Assembly (NCBI GenBank): GCA_006218035.1
Contig: VBWC01000010.1
Location: forward strand, 203,572-267,571
Source of the DNA: Gammaproteobacteria bacterium
GTDB lineage: Bacteria > Pseudomonadota > Gammaproteobacteria > VBWC01
Direction: 5' to 3'
Length of the DNA: 64,000 nucleotides
The notes beneath the pieces were generated by a model. That model ran no database searches. It worked only from the letters and a program-made list of their open reading frames with translations, and was not told the DNA's origin. A program made the position numbers and the translations under genes. Below, in pieces: positions 19,178-28,340 of the stretch. Position 1 is the first letter of the stretch. Each line of letters starts with the position of its first letter.

Positions 19178-20502
19178 CGGCGAACAACGAATGTGTGAAT
19201 AACGGCGTGAAGCGACTCCTCTCGATCAATAACTATCACTACCGCCGCGCCGGCTCCGACGCGTTATTTCTGGATCAGGATCGTTTGTTTCAGGCACGCG
19301 GCTGGCAGACGGCGGTATTCTCCATGAAGCATCGCGACAACCTCGCTACTCCATGGCAGGAATTCTTCGTCGATGAGCTCGAGTTCGGCGGCGACTACTC
19401 GTTGCCCACCCGGCTGCGGCTGGCGGGCAAGGTGCTGTATTCACGCGAGGCCCGCGCCAACATCAGCCGTCTTCTCGATCGTTACAGTCCGGACGTGGTG
19501 CATATTCACAGTATCTATCACCATATTTCTCCCGCGATCCTGCCGGTACTGGGTCGCCGCAGTGTGCCGATCGTGATGACCGCTCACGATTACAAGCTGC
19601 TCTGTCCCGCCTACAAAATGTACGATGGCAACAGCGTGTGCGAAGAATGTCGTGGCGGCCGGGTGTTGCCGCTAATCCGCAAGCGCTGCCTGCATGGTTC
19701 AGCAGCGGTGAGTTCACTGGTCGCGATGGAGTCGGTGTTTCACCGCTGGGCAGGATTTTATGAGCGTCATATCGACAGACTGATATGTCCCAGCCGGTTT
19801 ATGTTTGACAAATTTGTTGCGTGGGGATGGCCGAGCGAACGACTGGTTCATCTCTGTAACTTCTTCGACGAAAGGCTGTGGACACCATCCTTCCAGCCGG
19901 GCAGGTATTTCTTATATTTCGGCCGGCTCGCGCCCGAGAAAGGGCTCGCGACTTTTATACGCGCCGCGGCGCAGGCGAAATCAGCGATCAAGATCGTCGG
20001 CTGGGGAGCGGAACGCAATTTTCTGCAGACACTCGCTGACCAACTGCACGTCGCGGTGGAATTCATCGATCACGTACCGCCGGCCCTGCTGGCCTCATTG
20101 ATCGGCAATGCACGTGCCGTCGTAGTGCCGTCGGAATGGTACGAGAACGCGTCTCTCGCGATTCTGGAGTCGTTTGCCAGCGGCAAACCGGTCATTGCTG
20201 CCGGCATCGGCGGCATTCCGGAAATGGTCATCGACGGCGATAACGGCTGGTTGTTTCCCCCGGGTGATGCCGCAGCGCTGGCCAGCCGTCTGGATGAAGT
20301 GGCTTCAATGCCGGATAGCGAAGTGGAATCCTTCGGCCGCAGGGCGCGCCTGTTTGTTGAACGACATTACAGCGCTGATCGGTATTTTGCGGAGATGACC
20401 CGTCTTTACGCCGACCTTGGCGCCAGGGAGCGCTTGAATACAGGGTATTCCGTGGCGGAACGACTGGAGCCACAGGCGGGCTCCAGTCGAGTGGGTGACT
20501 GA
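19147..20502 (+). CDS. GT4-family glycosyltransferase. It is a paralogue of 43883..45118. The start is probably the GTG at 19207.
   Basis: EWYENASLAILESFASGKPVIAAGIGGIPEMV (the EX7E region) and a Cys4 cluster C-PAYKMYDGNSVCEECRGG...C. Its N-terminus aligns with that of the paralogue from VKRLLSINNYHY onward. Confidence 0.85.
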   Translation: MLVERRSTDLTANNECVNNGVKRLLSINNYHYRRAGSDALFLDQDRLFQARGWQTAVFSMKHRDNLATPWQEFFVDELEFGGDYSLPTRLRLAGKVLYSREARANISRLLDRYSPDVVHIHSIYHHISPAILPVLGRRSVPIVMTAHDYKLLCPAYKMYDGNSVCEECRGGRVLPLIRKRCLHGSAAVSSLVAMESVFHRWAGFYERHIDRLICPSRFMFDKFVAWGWPSERLVHLCNFFDERLWTPSFQPGRYFLYFGRLAPEKGLATFIRAAAQAKSAIKIVGWGAERNFLQTLADQLHVAVEFIDHVPPALLASLIGNARAVVVPSEWYENASLAILESFASGKPVIAAGIGGIPEMVIDGDNGWLFPPGDAAALASRLDEVASMPDSEVESFGRRARLFVERHYSADRYFAEMTRLYADLGARERLNTGYSVAERLEPQAGSSRVGD

Positions 20503-21182
20503 TGAAACAACTCAACAAGTCAACGGGCGTGTTTTCTACCGTATCCGGCAGGACAGGCGGCACCCTGCACGGCGAATATACCAAACGGATTGTCGATCTG
20601 GTCATCGCGATTCCGTTGTCCTTGATGGCGCTGCCGCTAATGCTGCTGTTGATGTTGCTGATACGCCTCGATTCGTCCGGGAGTCCGGTTTTCACGCAAA
20701 CTCGCGTTGGCCGTGGCGGACGGCCGTTTACGATATACAAGCTACGGACCTTTCACACCCGCAGCTTCGGGATCTTTCCGGACGAGGAAATCCGCTGGGG
20801 GGATCCGCGTGTCACCCGGGCAGGCCATTTATTGAGACGCAGCAAGCTTGATGAATTACTACAGCTGGTCAATATCCTGATGGGCGACATGTCGCTCGTC
20901 GGACCACGGCCGGATATCCCCTGTCAGGCCAGCGCTTACGGCGATGTTGAGTCGCGACGACTGGCCTTGCGGCCCGGACTCACGGGAATTGCACAGATCA
21001 GCGGGAACACCTGGCTGGGCTGGTCGCAGCGCATTCAATTGGATCTGTGGTACATCGACAACAGGTCGTTGCTCCTGGATCTCAAGATTCTGTTACTGAC
21101 GATACCCGTGATGCTGCGCGGTGAACGACGCGTCGATGACCCGCTAAACGTATGCAAACTGCTGTCGATCAACTCGCCGTGA
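20502..21182 (+). CDS. Small polyprenyl-phosphate sugar-1-phosphate transferase, PglC/WbaP C-terminal-domain type.
   Basis: Single N-terminal TM, then RPFTIYKLRTF ... MSLVGPRPD ... GLTGIAQISG, the bacterial sugar transferase signature. Confidence 0.85.
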   Translation: MKQLNKSTGVFSTVSGRTGGTLHGEYTKRIVDLVIAIPLSLMALPLMLLLMLLIRLDSSGSPVFTQTRVGRGGRPFTIYKLRTFHTRSFGIFPDEEIRWGDPRVTRAGHLLRRSKLDELLQLVNILMGDMSLVGPRPDIPCQASAYGDVESRRLALRPGLTGIAQISGNTWLGWSQRIQLDLWYIDNRSLLLDLKILLLTIPVMLRGERRVDDPLNVCKLLSINSP

Positions 21183-21750
21183 GACGAAGCGACAGCCGGA
21201 TAATTCATTGATCAGGGCGCCTTGCGCAGGAAAGAAAACCGCCTGGCGCCAAACACGGCGATCCGGACCGGAAAGAGCGTAGCAATCGCTCCCGGATACC
21301 CGCGCAAGGGGGTATCCGGGAGCATCCCACGCACCCGCCATCACCGGCGGGCACCGGTTCTCCCCCGCGACTTTTATGCTTTTTTTGCCGCCCATACGCG
21401 GTAACAGTCGGTTTTTTTAACCGACCGGGCCATTCGACCGCGGATTCGGTATCATAGGCGTCCCTGTCGGGAGGGTCCCTGATGGTTCCGGCGACAAGAA
21501 CAATCCGCGGATAAATGCCATCGCCGTCGATACGCGCCAGCAGCTCGCATCGACGGCGCCGCCTGGCAGTACGCGGTAACATCTGGTGCGAGACGCGGCA
21601 TGGATCGCCAGAGGGTTCCGCGCACTCCCGCTTGTTAACGGAGACGCGGCACGCACACCGGATATCAGGGATATGGGCGCTTGTTGCAGCCGATCCACAG
21701 GGTCAGCTGCGCGGGAATCAACGATTCTTTTTGGGAGCGGGGAGTTACCA

Positions 21751-23082
21751 ATGACGAACAACAAATTACTGGCCGTCTGGGCCTGTGCCTTTCTCGGCCT
21801 GAGTATGGTCGCCACCGCAGACGATCAGACGGAGCGCACGTGGTATCTGGCGCCGGCGCTGGGCTACGTTGTGTCTGACAGCGACCGAGCCGCGGATGAC
21901 GGCTTCAATATGCAGCTGGGCATCGGACGGCTGATCAACGACAAGTGGAATCTCGAGCTGAACGCGACCCACTCGGCGATGGATTTCAGCAACACCAGCG
22001 GTGAATACGATCAGGGCGGCATCGAACTCGACGGTCTGTATTTCTTCAGCCGGGAACGCCGCTGGAATCCCTACGGCCTGCTCGGTATCGGCACGATGGA
22101 TACCGAAGTCCCCGGCAAGAGCGCCGCCAACCTGCTCGCCAGCGCCGGCGGCGGCGTGATGCATACGCTGAACGAACGCGGCATTGCGCTGCGTGTCGAC
22201 GCGCGCTACCGGTATGACGACGACAACTCCAGCCGCGCGGGTCAGAGCAGCTTCGCGGACTGGGTGTTTAACGCCGGTTTGACGATCCCGTTTGGCGGAA
22301 AAATGCAGACAGAAGCGGCGGCGCCGGTCGGTGACAGCGACGGCGACGGCGTCAACGATGCCGACGATCGCTGTGCGGATACGCCGGCAGGAACGCCGGT
22401 CGACGGCACCGGTTGCCTGGTGGATGCCGATCATGACGGCGTCACCGACAGTAAGGACCGCTGCCCGAAGACGCCGGCCGCGCGCAAGGTGAATGCACAA
22501 GGCTGCGAGAACGACAGCGATCGGGACGGCGTCGTGGACGACCTCGACCGCTGCCCCGGCACGCCTGCCGGCATGAAGGTGAGCGCCCTCGGCTGCGAGA
22601 TGGACAGCGATGCCGACGGCATCGTCGACAGCAAGGATCAGTGCGCCGGCTCCAGGGCGGGTGACAAGGTCGACCCGAACGGTTGCCTGAGCGCGATGGA
22701 TCAATCCGTCCCGCCAGGTCTTACGTTCTCGGTTACCGGCGAGACGTTCACGCTACGCGGCGTGACGTTTGAATATGACTCGGCATTGCTGACCAAGGGA
22801 TCCGAAACGGTATTGACGGGCATTGCCGCGACGTTGCGCGACCGTCCGGAACTGCGCATCGAGATCAGCGGCCATACCGATAACCGCGGAACGGAACCCT
22901 ATAACACCGCGCTCTCGCAGCAGCGTGCCGAGGCGGTGCGGGCGTTTCTGATCAAGAACGGTGTTGCGGAGGCGAATGTCGATGCCAAGGGTTACGGCCC
23001 GATCCGGCCGATCGCGGATAACGGCAGCAAGGAAGGTCAGGCCCAGAATCGCCGCGTCGAGCTGCGCGTTCTTGGCAAGTAA
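21751..23082 (+). CDS. OmpA-family outer-membrane protein with thrombospondin type-3 (Asp-rich, Ca-binding) repeats and a C-terminal peptidoglycan-binding OmpA domain.
   Basis: Signal peptide MTNNKLLAVWACAFLGLSMVATA, then a beta-barrel-like N-terminus. Repeats DSDGDGVNDADDRCADTPAG, DADHDGVTDSKDRCPKTPA, DSDRDGVVDDLDRCPGTPAG and DSDADGIVDSKDQC. OmpA_C motif: NTALSQQRAEAVRAFL...NRRVEL. The start is set at an internal ATG after the SD GGAGCGGGGAG. The ORF track starts at 21586. Confidence 0.85.
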   Translation: MTNNKLLAVWACAFLGLSMVATADDQTERTWYLAPALGYVVSDSDRAADDGFNMQLGIGRLINDKWNLELNATHSAMDFSNTSGEYDQGGIELDGLYFFSRERRWNPYGLLGIGTMDTEVPGKSAANLLASAGGGVMHTLNERGIALRVDARYRYDDDNSSRAGQSSFADWVFNAGLTIPFGGKMQTEAAAPVGDSDGDGVNDADDRCADTPAGTPVDGTGCLVDADHDGVTDSKDRCPKTPAARKVNAQGCENDSDRDGVVDDLDRCPGTPAGMKVSALGCEMDSDADGIVDSKDQCAGSRAGDKVDPNGCLSAMDQSVPPGLTFSVTGETFTLRGVTFEYDSALLTKGSETVLTGIAATLRDRPELRIEISGHTDNRGTEPYNTALSQQRAEAVRAFLIKNGVAEANVDAKGYGPIRPIADNGSKEGQAQNRRVELRVLGK

Positions 23083-23097
23083 ACACTGCCACCGGTA

Positions 23098-23143
23098 GAC
23101 CCCGGCAGCGCGATACCGTTCGTGTATCGCGCTGCCGGGGTCA
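23098..23143 (+). terminator. Terminator-like 19-bp perfect stem-loop, gaccccggcagcgcgatac cgttcgtg tatcgcgctgccggggtc, just after the OmpA/TSP3 stop.
   Basis: The perfect inverted repeat is visible in the sequence. The downstream T-tract is weak. Confidence 0.4.
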
Positions 23144-23257
23144 CTGTATTGCCGGTGCGCGTTGGCGATCCCCGCCGGGCGTAACGAGCTGCCGTTACTA
23201 TGCCTGCTGTTTCACCGGCAGCACCCTTGCCCCGCGGATTGGTTATCATAGTCTCCC

Positions 23258-24199
23258 TTGATGCATCCGCTCACCATGACTCCGGCAATCAACATACAGT
23301 CCGTACACAAACGTTTCGGCAGCGTGAACGCGCTCAAGGGCGTGAGTCTTACGATCAACGGCGGCGAGTTTTTCGGCCTGCTCGGCCCGAACGGCGCCGG
23401 CAAGTCCACGCTGATCAATATCATCGCCGGACTGACGCGTGCCGATGAAGGCGACGTCGCCGTGCTCGGCCATCACGTCGTCAGGAATTACCGCCAGTCC
23501 CGGCGCTGCATCGGCGTCGTACCTCAGGAACTGGTCTACGATCCGTTCTTCACAGTGCGCGAGGCGCTGCGTATCCAGGCCGGTTACTTCGGCCTCGGCC
23601 GCGAGAATGACCCGTGGATCGACGAGCTACTCGACGCGCTGATGCTCGGCGACAAGCGCGATACCAATATGCGCGCGCTGTCCGGCGGCATGAAGCGCCG
23701 CGTGTTGATCGCGCAGGCGCTGGTGCACAAACCGGAGGTCGTCGTGCTCGACGAGCCGACTGCGGGCGTCGACGTCGAACTGCGCCAGTCGTTGTGGGCG
23801 TTTGTGAAGCGTTTGCATCGTGACGGCCATACCATCGTATTGACGACGCACTATCTCGAGGAGGCCGAGGCGCTGTGCGACCGCATCGCGATCCTGAATC
23901 ACGGCGAGGTGATCGCGCTCGATACGACCCAGGGCCTGCTGGAGCGCGGCATCGGCCGCACGCTGCGCGTCTGCGTGACGACCGCCGCGCCGGTGACCGG
24001 CCTGACGGGGAAATACGCGGCCAAGATCGTCCGCCAGGCGGGCAACCGCCTTGACCTGCAGCTGGAGCGCAGCAGCGATTCGGTGGTCGACATGCTCGAC
24101 GCCGTACGCCAGTGCGGCGCGACGATCATTGATCTGTCCACCGAGGAGGCGGATCTCGAGGACGTATTTGTCGAACTGACCAGGCGAAAAAAAGCATGA
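23258..24199 (+). CDS. ABC transporter ATP-binding protein, ABC-2 exporter type.
   Basis: Walker A GPNGAGKST, signature LSGGMKRR, Walker B VVVLDEPTAGVD, and the H-loop. Confidence 0.9.
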   Translation: MMHPLTMTPAINIQSVHKRFGSVNALKGVSLTINGGEFFGLLGPNGAGKSTLINIIAGLTRADEGDVAVLGHHVVRNYRQSRRCIGVVPQELVYDPFFTVREALRIQAGYFGLGRENDPWIDELLDALMLGDKRDTNMRALSGGMKRRVLIAQALVHKPEVVVLDEPTAGVDVELRQSLWAFVKRLHRDGHTIVLTTHYLEEAEALCDRIAILNHGEVIALDTTQGLLERGIGRTLRVCVTTAAPVTGLTGKYAAKIVRQAGNRLDLQLERSSDSVVDMLDAVRQCGATIIDLSTEEADLEDVFVELTRRKKA

Positions 24200-24957
24200 A
24201 CTGGCGCGGCATGCAGACGCTGTTTCGCAAGGAGCTGCTGCGCTTCTACAAGGTCGGTCTGCAGACACTGGCCGCACCGGTTATGACGACGCTGTTGTAT
24301 CTGCTGGTGTTCGCCCAGGCGTTGCAGGAGCGTGTCCAGGTGTTCACCGGCGTCGATTACGCGCCGTTTCTGCTGGCCGGGCTGATCATGATGTCGATCA
24401 CGCAGAACGCCTTTGCCAACAGCTCGTCAAGCCTGATCCAGTCCAAGGTCACCGGCAATATCGTGTTCATCCTGCTGACGCCGCTGTCGCACGTCGAGTT
24501 CTTTCTGGCGTTTGTCGCGGCAGCGGTGGTGCGCGGCCTCGCGGTCGGCCTCGGCGTGTACCTGGCCGCCGTGTTGCTGGTGCCGCTGCCGATACACAAC
24601 CCGGGCTGGCTGGTGTTGTTCGCGGTGCTCAACAGCGCCGCGCTCGGCACGGTCGGCGTGATCGCCGGCATCTGGGCGGAAAAGTTCGACCAGCTCGCCG
24701 GCTTCCAGAATTTCATTATCATCCCGCTGTCGTTTCTGAGCGGCGTGTTCTACTCGATCCACGCACTGCCGGATTTCTGGCAACGCGCCTCGCACCTGAA
24801 CCCGTTCTTTTACATGATCGACGGCTTTCGTTACGGCTTCTTCGGCGCATCCGATATCGATCCGTCGATCAGCCTGGCGGTGGTAGTGTCGGTATTCGCG
24901 GCGCTGGTGACACTGACGCTGTGGATGCTGCGCAGCGGCTACAAGCTGCGTAACTAG
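24196..24957 (+). CDS. ABC-2 family transporter permease.
   Basis: Six predicted TM segments. There is a 4-bp overlap with the ATPase gene. Confidence 0.85.
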   Translation: MNWRGMQTLFRKELLRFYKVGLQTLAAPVMTTLLYLLVFAQALQERVQVFTGVDYAPFLLAGLIMMSITQNAFANSSSSLIQSKVTGNIVFILLTPLSHVEFFLAFVAAAVVRGLAVGLGVYLAAVLLVPLPIHNPGWLVLFAVLNSAALGTVGVIAGIWAEKFDQLAGFQNFIIIPLSFLSGVFYSIHALPDFWQRASHLNPFFYMIDGFRYGFFGASDIDPSISLAVVVSVFAALVTLTLWMLRSGYKLRN

Positions 24958-25015
24958 CGCGCATCCATCCTCATGCTGATTTCGTGCCGCCCCGGAAAGC
25001 TGGCATAATGGCCCG

Positions 25016-26047
25016 GTGGATCAACTGACCCTGACACGTCCCGACGACTGGCACATTCATCTGCGTGACGATGCCGCGTTGACCACGACCGTGCCGCATG
25101 TCGCGCGCTGTTTCGGCCGCGCGATCGTCATGCCCAATCTGGTACCGCCGGTCACCACCACCAGACTGGCGCTGGCCTATCGCCAACGCATACTGGCCGC
25201 GGTACCGGCCGGCGCGAAATTCACACCGCTGATGACGCTGTATCTGACCGACGACACGCCAACCGGCGAGATCACGCAGACACTCGGCAGCAGCGTCAGC
25301 GCCGTCAAGCTCTATCCGGTCGGCGCGACGACCAACTCCGCTGCCGGCGTGACCGATATCCGCAAGACCTTCAACGTGCTCGCGGAAATGGAACGCTGCG
25401 GCATGCCGCTGCTGCTGCACGGCGAGTCGGTCGGCAAAGACATCGATATCTTCGACCGGGAGCGCATCTTCATCGACAGGGAGCTGGCGCCGCTGGTCAG
25501 GCAGTTCCCGGAACTGAAGATTGTGTTCGAGCACATTACCACCCGGGCCGCGGTCGATTTCGTGATCTCCGCGCCGGCAACAGTCGCGGCGACAATTACC
25601 GCGCATCATCTGCTGCTCAACAGAAACGCGATGCTGGCCGGCGGTATCCGCCCGCATCATTACTGTCTGCCGGTGCTGAAACGCGAAACCGACCGGCAGG
25701 CGCTGGTGTCTGCCGCGACCGGCGGCAACCCGAAGTTCTTCCTTGGAACCGACAGCGCGCCGCACGCGAAACACACCAAGGAAGCGGCCTGCGGTTGCGC
25801 CGGCATCTATACCGCGCACGCCGCGATCGAGTTGTATGCGCAGGTGTTTGACAAGGCCGGCAAGCTTGACCGGCTGGAGAACTTCGCCAGTCGCTTCGGA
25901 CCCGCGTTCTACGGGCTGCCGATCAACGACGATAGCATCACGCTGCAACGCGCCGACACGCCGGTGGCGCCGGAATTCGCGCTCGGCAAGGACAAGCTCG
26001 TACCGTTCATGGCCGGCGGTACGGTCGGCTGGCAACTGATGGCCTGA
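25016..26047 (+). CDS. pyrC: Dihydroorotase, homodimeric type.
   Basis: [10 protein letters not shown] and colinearity with the E. coli-type PyrC, including the carbamylated-Lys region. Confidence 0.9.
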   Translation: MDQLTLTRPDDWHIHLRDDAALTTTVPHVARCFGRAIVMPNLVPPVTTTRLALAYRQRILAAVPAGAKFTPLMTLYLTDDTPTGEITQTLGSSVSAVKLYPVGATTNSAAGVTDIRKTFNVLAEMERCGMPLLLHGESVGKDIDIFDRERIFIDRELAPLVRQFPELKIVFEHITTRAAVDFVISAPATVAATITAHHLLLNRNAMLAGGIRPHHYCLPVLKRETDRQALVSAATGGNPKFFLGTDSAPHAKHTKEAACGCAGIYTAHAAIELYAQVFDKAGKLDRLENFASRFGPAFYGLPINDDSITLQRADTPVAPEFALGKDKLVPFMAGGTVGWQLMA

Positions 26048-26050
26048 CGC

Positions 26051-26704
26051 ATGACCGCCGACGCTACCGAAACCGTCAACAACCACGCGGGCGCCAGAAT
26101 CGCCGAGCGTTTCCGCGGTTTTCTGCCGGTGGTCGTGGACGTTGAAACCGCCGGCTTTAACGCCCAGACCGATGCGCTGCTCGAGATCGCCGCGGTCATT
26201 CTGACGATGGACGGCGCCGGCCGATTGTCACCCGGCCAGACCATCGCCTGTCATGTCGAGCCGTTTCCCGGCGCGAACCTTGAACAGAGCTCGCTCGCGT
26301 TCAACGGCATCGATCCTCATCATCCGTTCCGTGACGCATTGCCCGAGCGCGAGGCGCTGGATGCCGTATTCGCACCGGTGCGCGAAGCGGTGCGGAAAAC
26401 CAGTTGCTCGCGCGCGATACTGGTCGGCCACAACGCGTTTTTCGATCTCGGCTTTGTCAACGCCGCGATCGCCCGTACCGGGCATAAGAAAAGTCCGTTT
26501 CACCAGTTCAGCAGCCTGGATACGGTGACGCTGGCGGCACTGGTGTACGGCCAGACGGTGCTCGCCCGCGCGGTGCAGGCGGCAGGCCTGGACTGGCAGG
26601 AGGAGGAAGCGCACTCGGCGATCTACGACGCGGAAATCACCGCGGCGCTTTTTTGCCGGATGGTGAACCGGTGGCATGACCTGACCGCCACGACCGGTCT
26701 TTAG
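26051..26704 (+). CDS. rnt: Ribonuclease T (DEDDh 3'-5' exoribonuclease).
   Basis: [30 protein letters not shown] closely matches the RNase T N-terminus, and the H-x4-D motif is near the C-terminus. Confidence 0.9.
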   Translation: MTADATETVNNHAGARIAERFRGFLPVVVDVETAGFNAQTDALLEIAAVILTMDGAGRLSPGQTIACHVEPFPGANLEQSSLAFNGIDPHHPFRDALPEREALDAVFAPVREAVRKTSCSRAILVGHNAFFDLGFVNAAIARTGHKKSPFHQFSSLDTVTLAALVYGQTVLARAVQAAGLDWQEEEAHSAIYDAEITAALFCRMVNRWHDLTATTGL

Positions 26705-26713
26705 CGGTTCGGC

Positions 26714-27034
26714 CTAGGCCGCGGGCTTCGCGCCAGCGACAAGCTTCTGCAGTTCGCCACGCTCGTACAGCTCCTTCATGATGTCGGAACCGCCGATCAG
26801 CTCGCCGTTGATATAGAGCTGCGGAAACGTCGGCCAGTTCGCCACCTGCGGCAGCGTGCGGCGGATGTCAGGCTCTTCGAGTATGTTGACGGTCTCGAAC
26901 TTCGCGCCGCAGGTCCGGAGCAGCTGTGTAGCGAGGCTCGAGAAACCGCATTGCGGGAAATCGGGCGTGCCCTTCATGTAAAGTAAAATCGGATTGCCGG
27001 CTATCTGTTGCTTGATTCGTTCGACCGTGTCCAT
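26714..27034 (-). CDS. grxD: Monothiol glutaredoxin, Grx4 type.
   Basis: CGFS active site and a WPTFPQLYINGELIGG motif. Confidence 0.9.
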   Translation of the reverse strand: MDTVERIKQQIAGNPILLYMKGTPDFPQCGFSSLATQLLRTCGAKFETVNILEEPDIRRTLPQVANWPTFPQLYINGELIGGSDIMKELYERGELQKLVAGAKPAA

Positions 27035-27493
27035 CGCCTTTCTCGCTTATCAGAAAAAACAGCCGGAAGGGCTGTCGCATGGGCGGTTATTGTAGCGGGA
27101 ACGTTAGTCGAAAAAAACGCAAGGTTTTCTGTGGGCTTGTTCAGGCAGATCCGATCCGACGCCGGGACACCGTCAGTAGCCGTCCGTCGCCTGTCCATCC
27201 ACGCGACGGACGGCTTTGGCAGCGATATCAATGCACAGGAAAAATCGCCGCGATCCTGGACGCGTCGCGGCAACGCTGCACTGGCAGGCGCGCCATTCCC
27301 TCGCGATCGCGACGGCCCCGGCAGCTGTCGCCATGAGTGCCTCCGCGGACAGCGGTTAATCCGGCCGTTTGCGCCGTGAAACCAGTGCCATACGGCTGGC
27401 CAAACTACCATCTTGCGTTAAAACTTAGTATAGTAGTCGGCCTTTCGACGGGTAACGTCGTTGCATCAACAAGACAGGTTTGCAGGAGGCGAT

Positions 27494-27589
27494 ATGAATC
27501 CACTTGATTCCATTCCGGGCACGATAATCTCCGGTGTGATACTGACCGTGATTCTCGCGTTAGTGATCAAGGTGCTGGCGGGCGCGTAA
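27494..27589 (+). CDS. Putative 31-aa hydrophobic microprotein, MNPLDSIPGTIISGVILTVILALVIKVLAGA.
   Basis: A canonical AGGAGG SD sits 5 nt upstream of the ATG. It has one predicted TM helix. It lies 61 bp upstream of a membrane-protein gene on the same strand. It is not in the ORF track because it is too short. Confidence 0.35.
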   Translation: MNPLDSIPGTIISGVILTVILALVIKVLAGA

Positions 27590-27650
27590 CACCGTATTGG
27601 TCCACGACTGCGGCAGGGTTCCGACAAGCGTAATCGACGAGGTAATTAAT

Positions 27651-28157
27651 ATGGATTTTCTACCGATAGACCGATGGCTGCATTTCCTGGCAGGCATCAC
27701 CTGGATTGGGCTGCTTTACTATTTCAACTTCATTCAGGGTCCGGCGGTCGCCAGGGCGGCGGCCGACAAGGACGGTCCGGGACCGGCCGCCATCAGCAAG
27801 TATATCGCGCGACCGGCACTGCTGTGGTTTCGCTGGGCGGCGGTTGTGACATGGTTGACCGGCGCGGCCTATCTGGGCGGCGATATCAGCAAGGCGTTTA
27901 CGCTGGGGCTGACCGAGGGCGGCACGCTTTATCACACGACGATCGGCATGGGCGCCTGGCTGGGCACGATCATGCTGTTTAACGTCTGGGTGCTGATCTG
28001 GCCCAACCAGAAGAAGCTGCTTGGCATCGTGCCGGCCACCGACCAGGAGAAGGCCAGTGCGAAGCGCGTGGCGTTCCTGGCATCGCGTACCAACACCTTG
28101 CTATCGATCCCCATGCTGATGTTTATGGGCGGCGCGAGCCACGGCCTGCCGTTCTAG
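27651..28157 (+). CDS. Integral membrane protein of uncertain family, about 4 TM.
   Basis: WLHFLAGITWIGLLYYFNFIQGP..., with a GAGGT SD before the internal ATG. The ORF track starts at 27597. Confidence 0.55.
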   Translation: MDFLPIDRWLHFLAGITWIGLLYYFNFIQGPAVARAAADKDGPGPAAISKYIARPALLWFRWAAVVTWLTGAAYLGGDISKAFTLGLTEGGTLYHTTIGMGAWLGTIMLFNVWVLIWPNQKKLLGIVPATDQEKASAKRVAFLASRTNTLLSIPMLMFMGGASHGLPF

Positions 28158-28298
28158 TCGCCACGCGGACGTAATTGCGCGGAAAGGGGAAACCGCTTCC
28201 GCGCAACTGTTTCCTGCACTTGCTTCCTCTCCCCCGGATCAGCGGCCAGCACGCCGGGTTTGTCAACACGGCATCAAAACCTTATTATTCCGCTCTTC

Positions 28299-28326
28299 GG
28301 CAGACGCTGCCTTTTGTTTTTTTAAG
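28299..28326 (+). terminator. Candidate intrinsic terminator, ggcagacgctgcc followed by ttttgttttttt, only about 15 nt upstream of the argD ATG.
   Basis: A short GC stem with a 12-nt T-rich tract. A second 10-bp stem-loop, ttgcgcggaa...ttccgcgcaa, is at 28176-28207. Confidence 0.4.
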
Positions 28327-28340
28327 TAGAAGTTTCGATC

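Noticed and set aside
21766-22704. 312-aa minus-strand ORF opposite the OmpA/TSP3 gene.
   Set aside because: It is antisense to a gene with a clear signal peptide, TSP3 repeats and an OmpA_C domain.
24971-26086. 371-aa minus-strand ORF spanning pyrC.
   Set aside because: Antisense to an unambiguous dihydroorotase. The composition is typical high-GC antisense.
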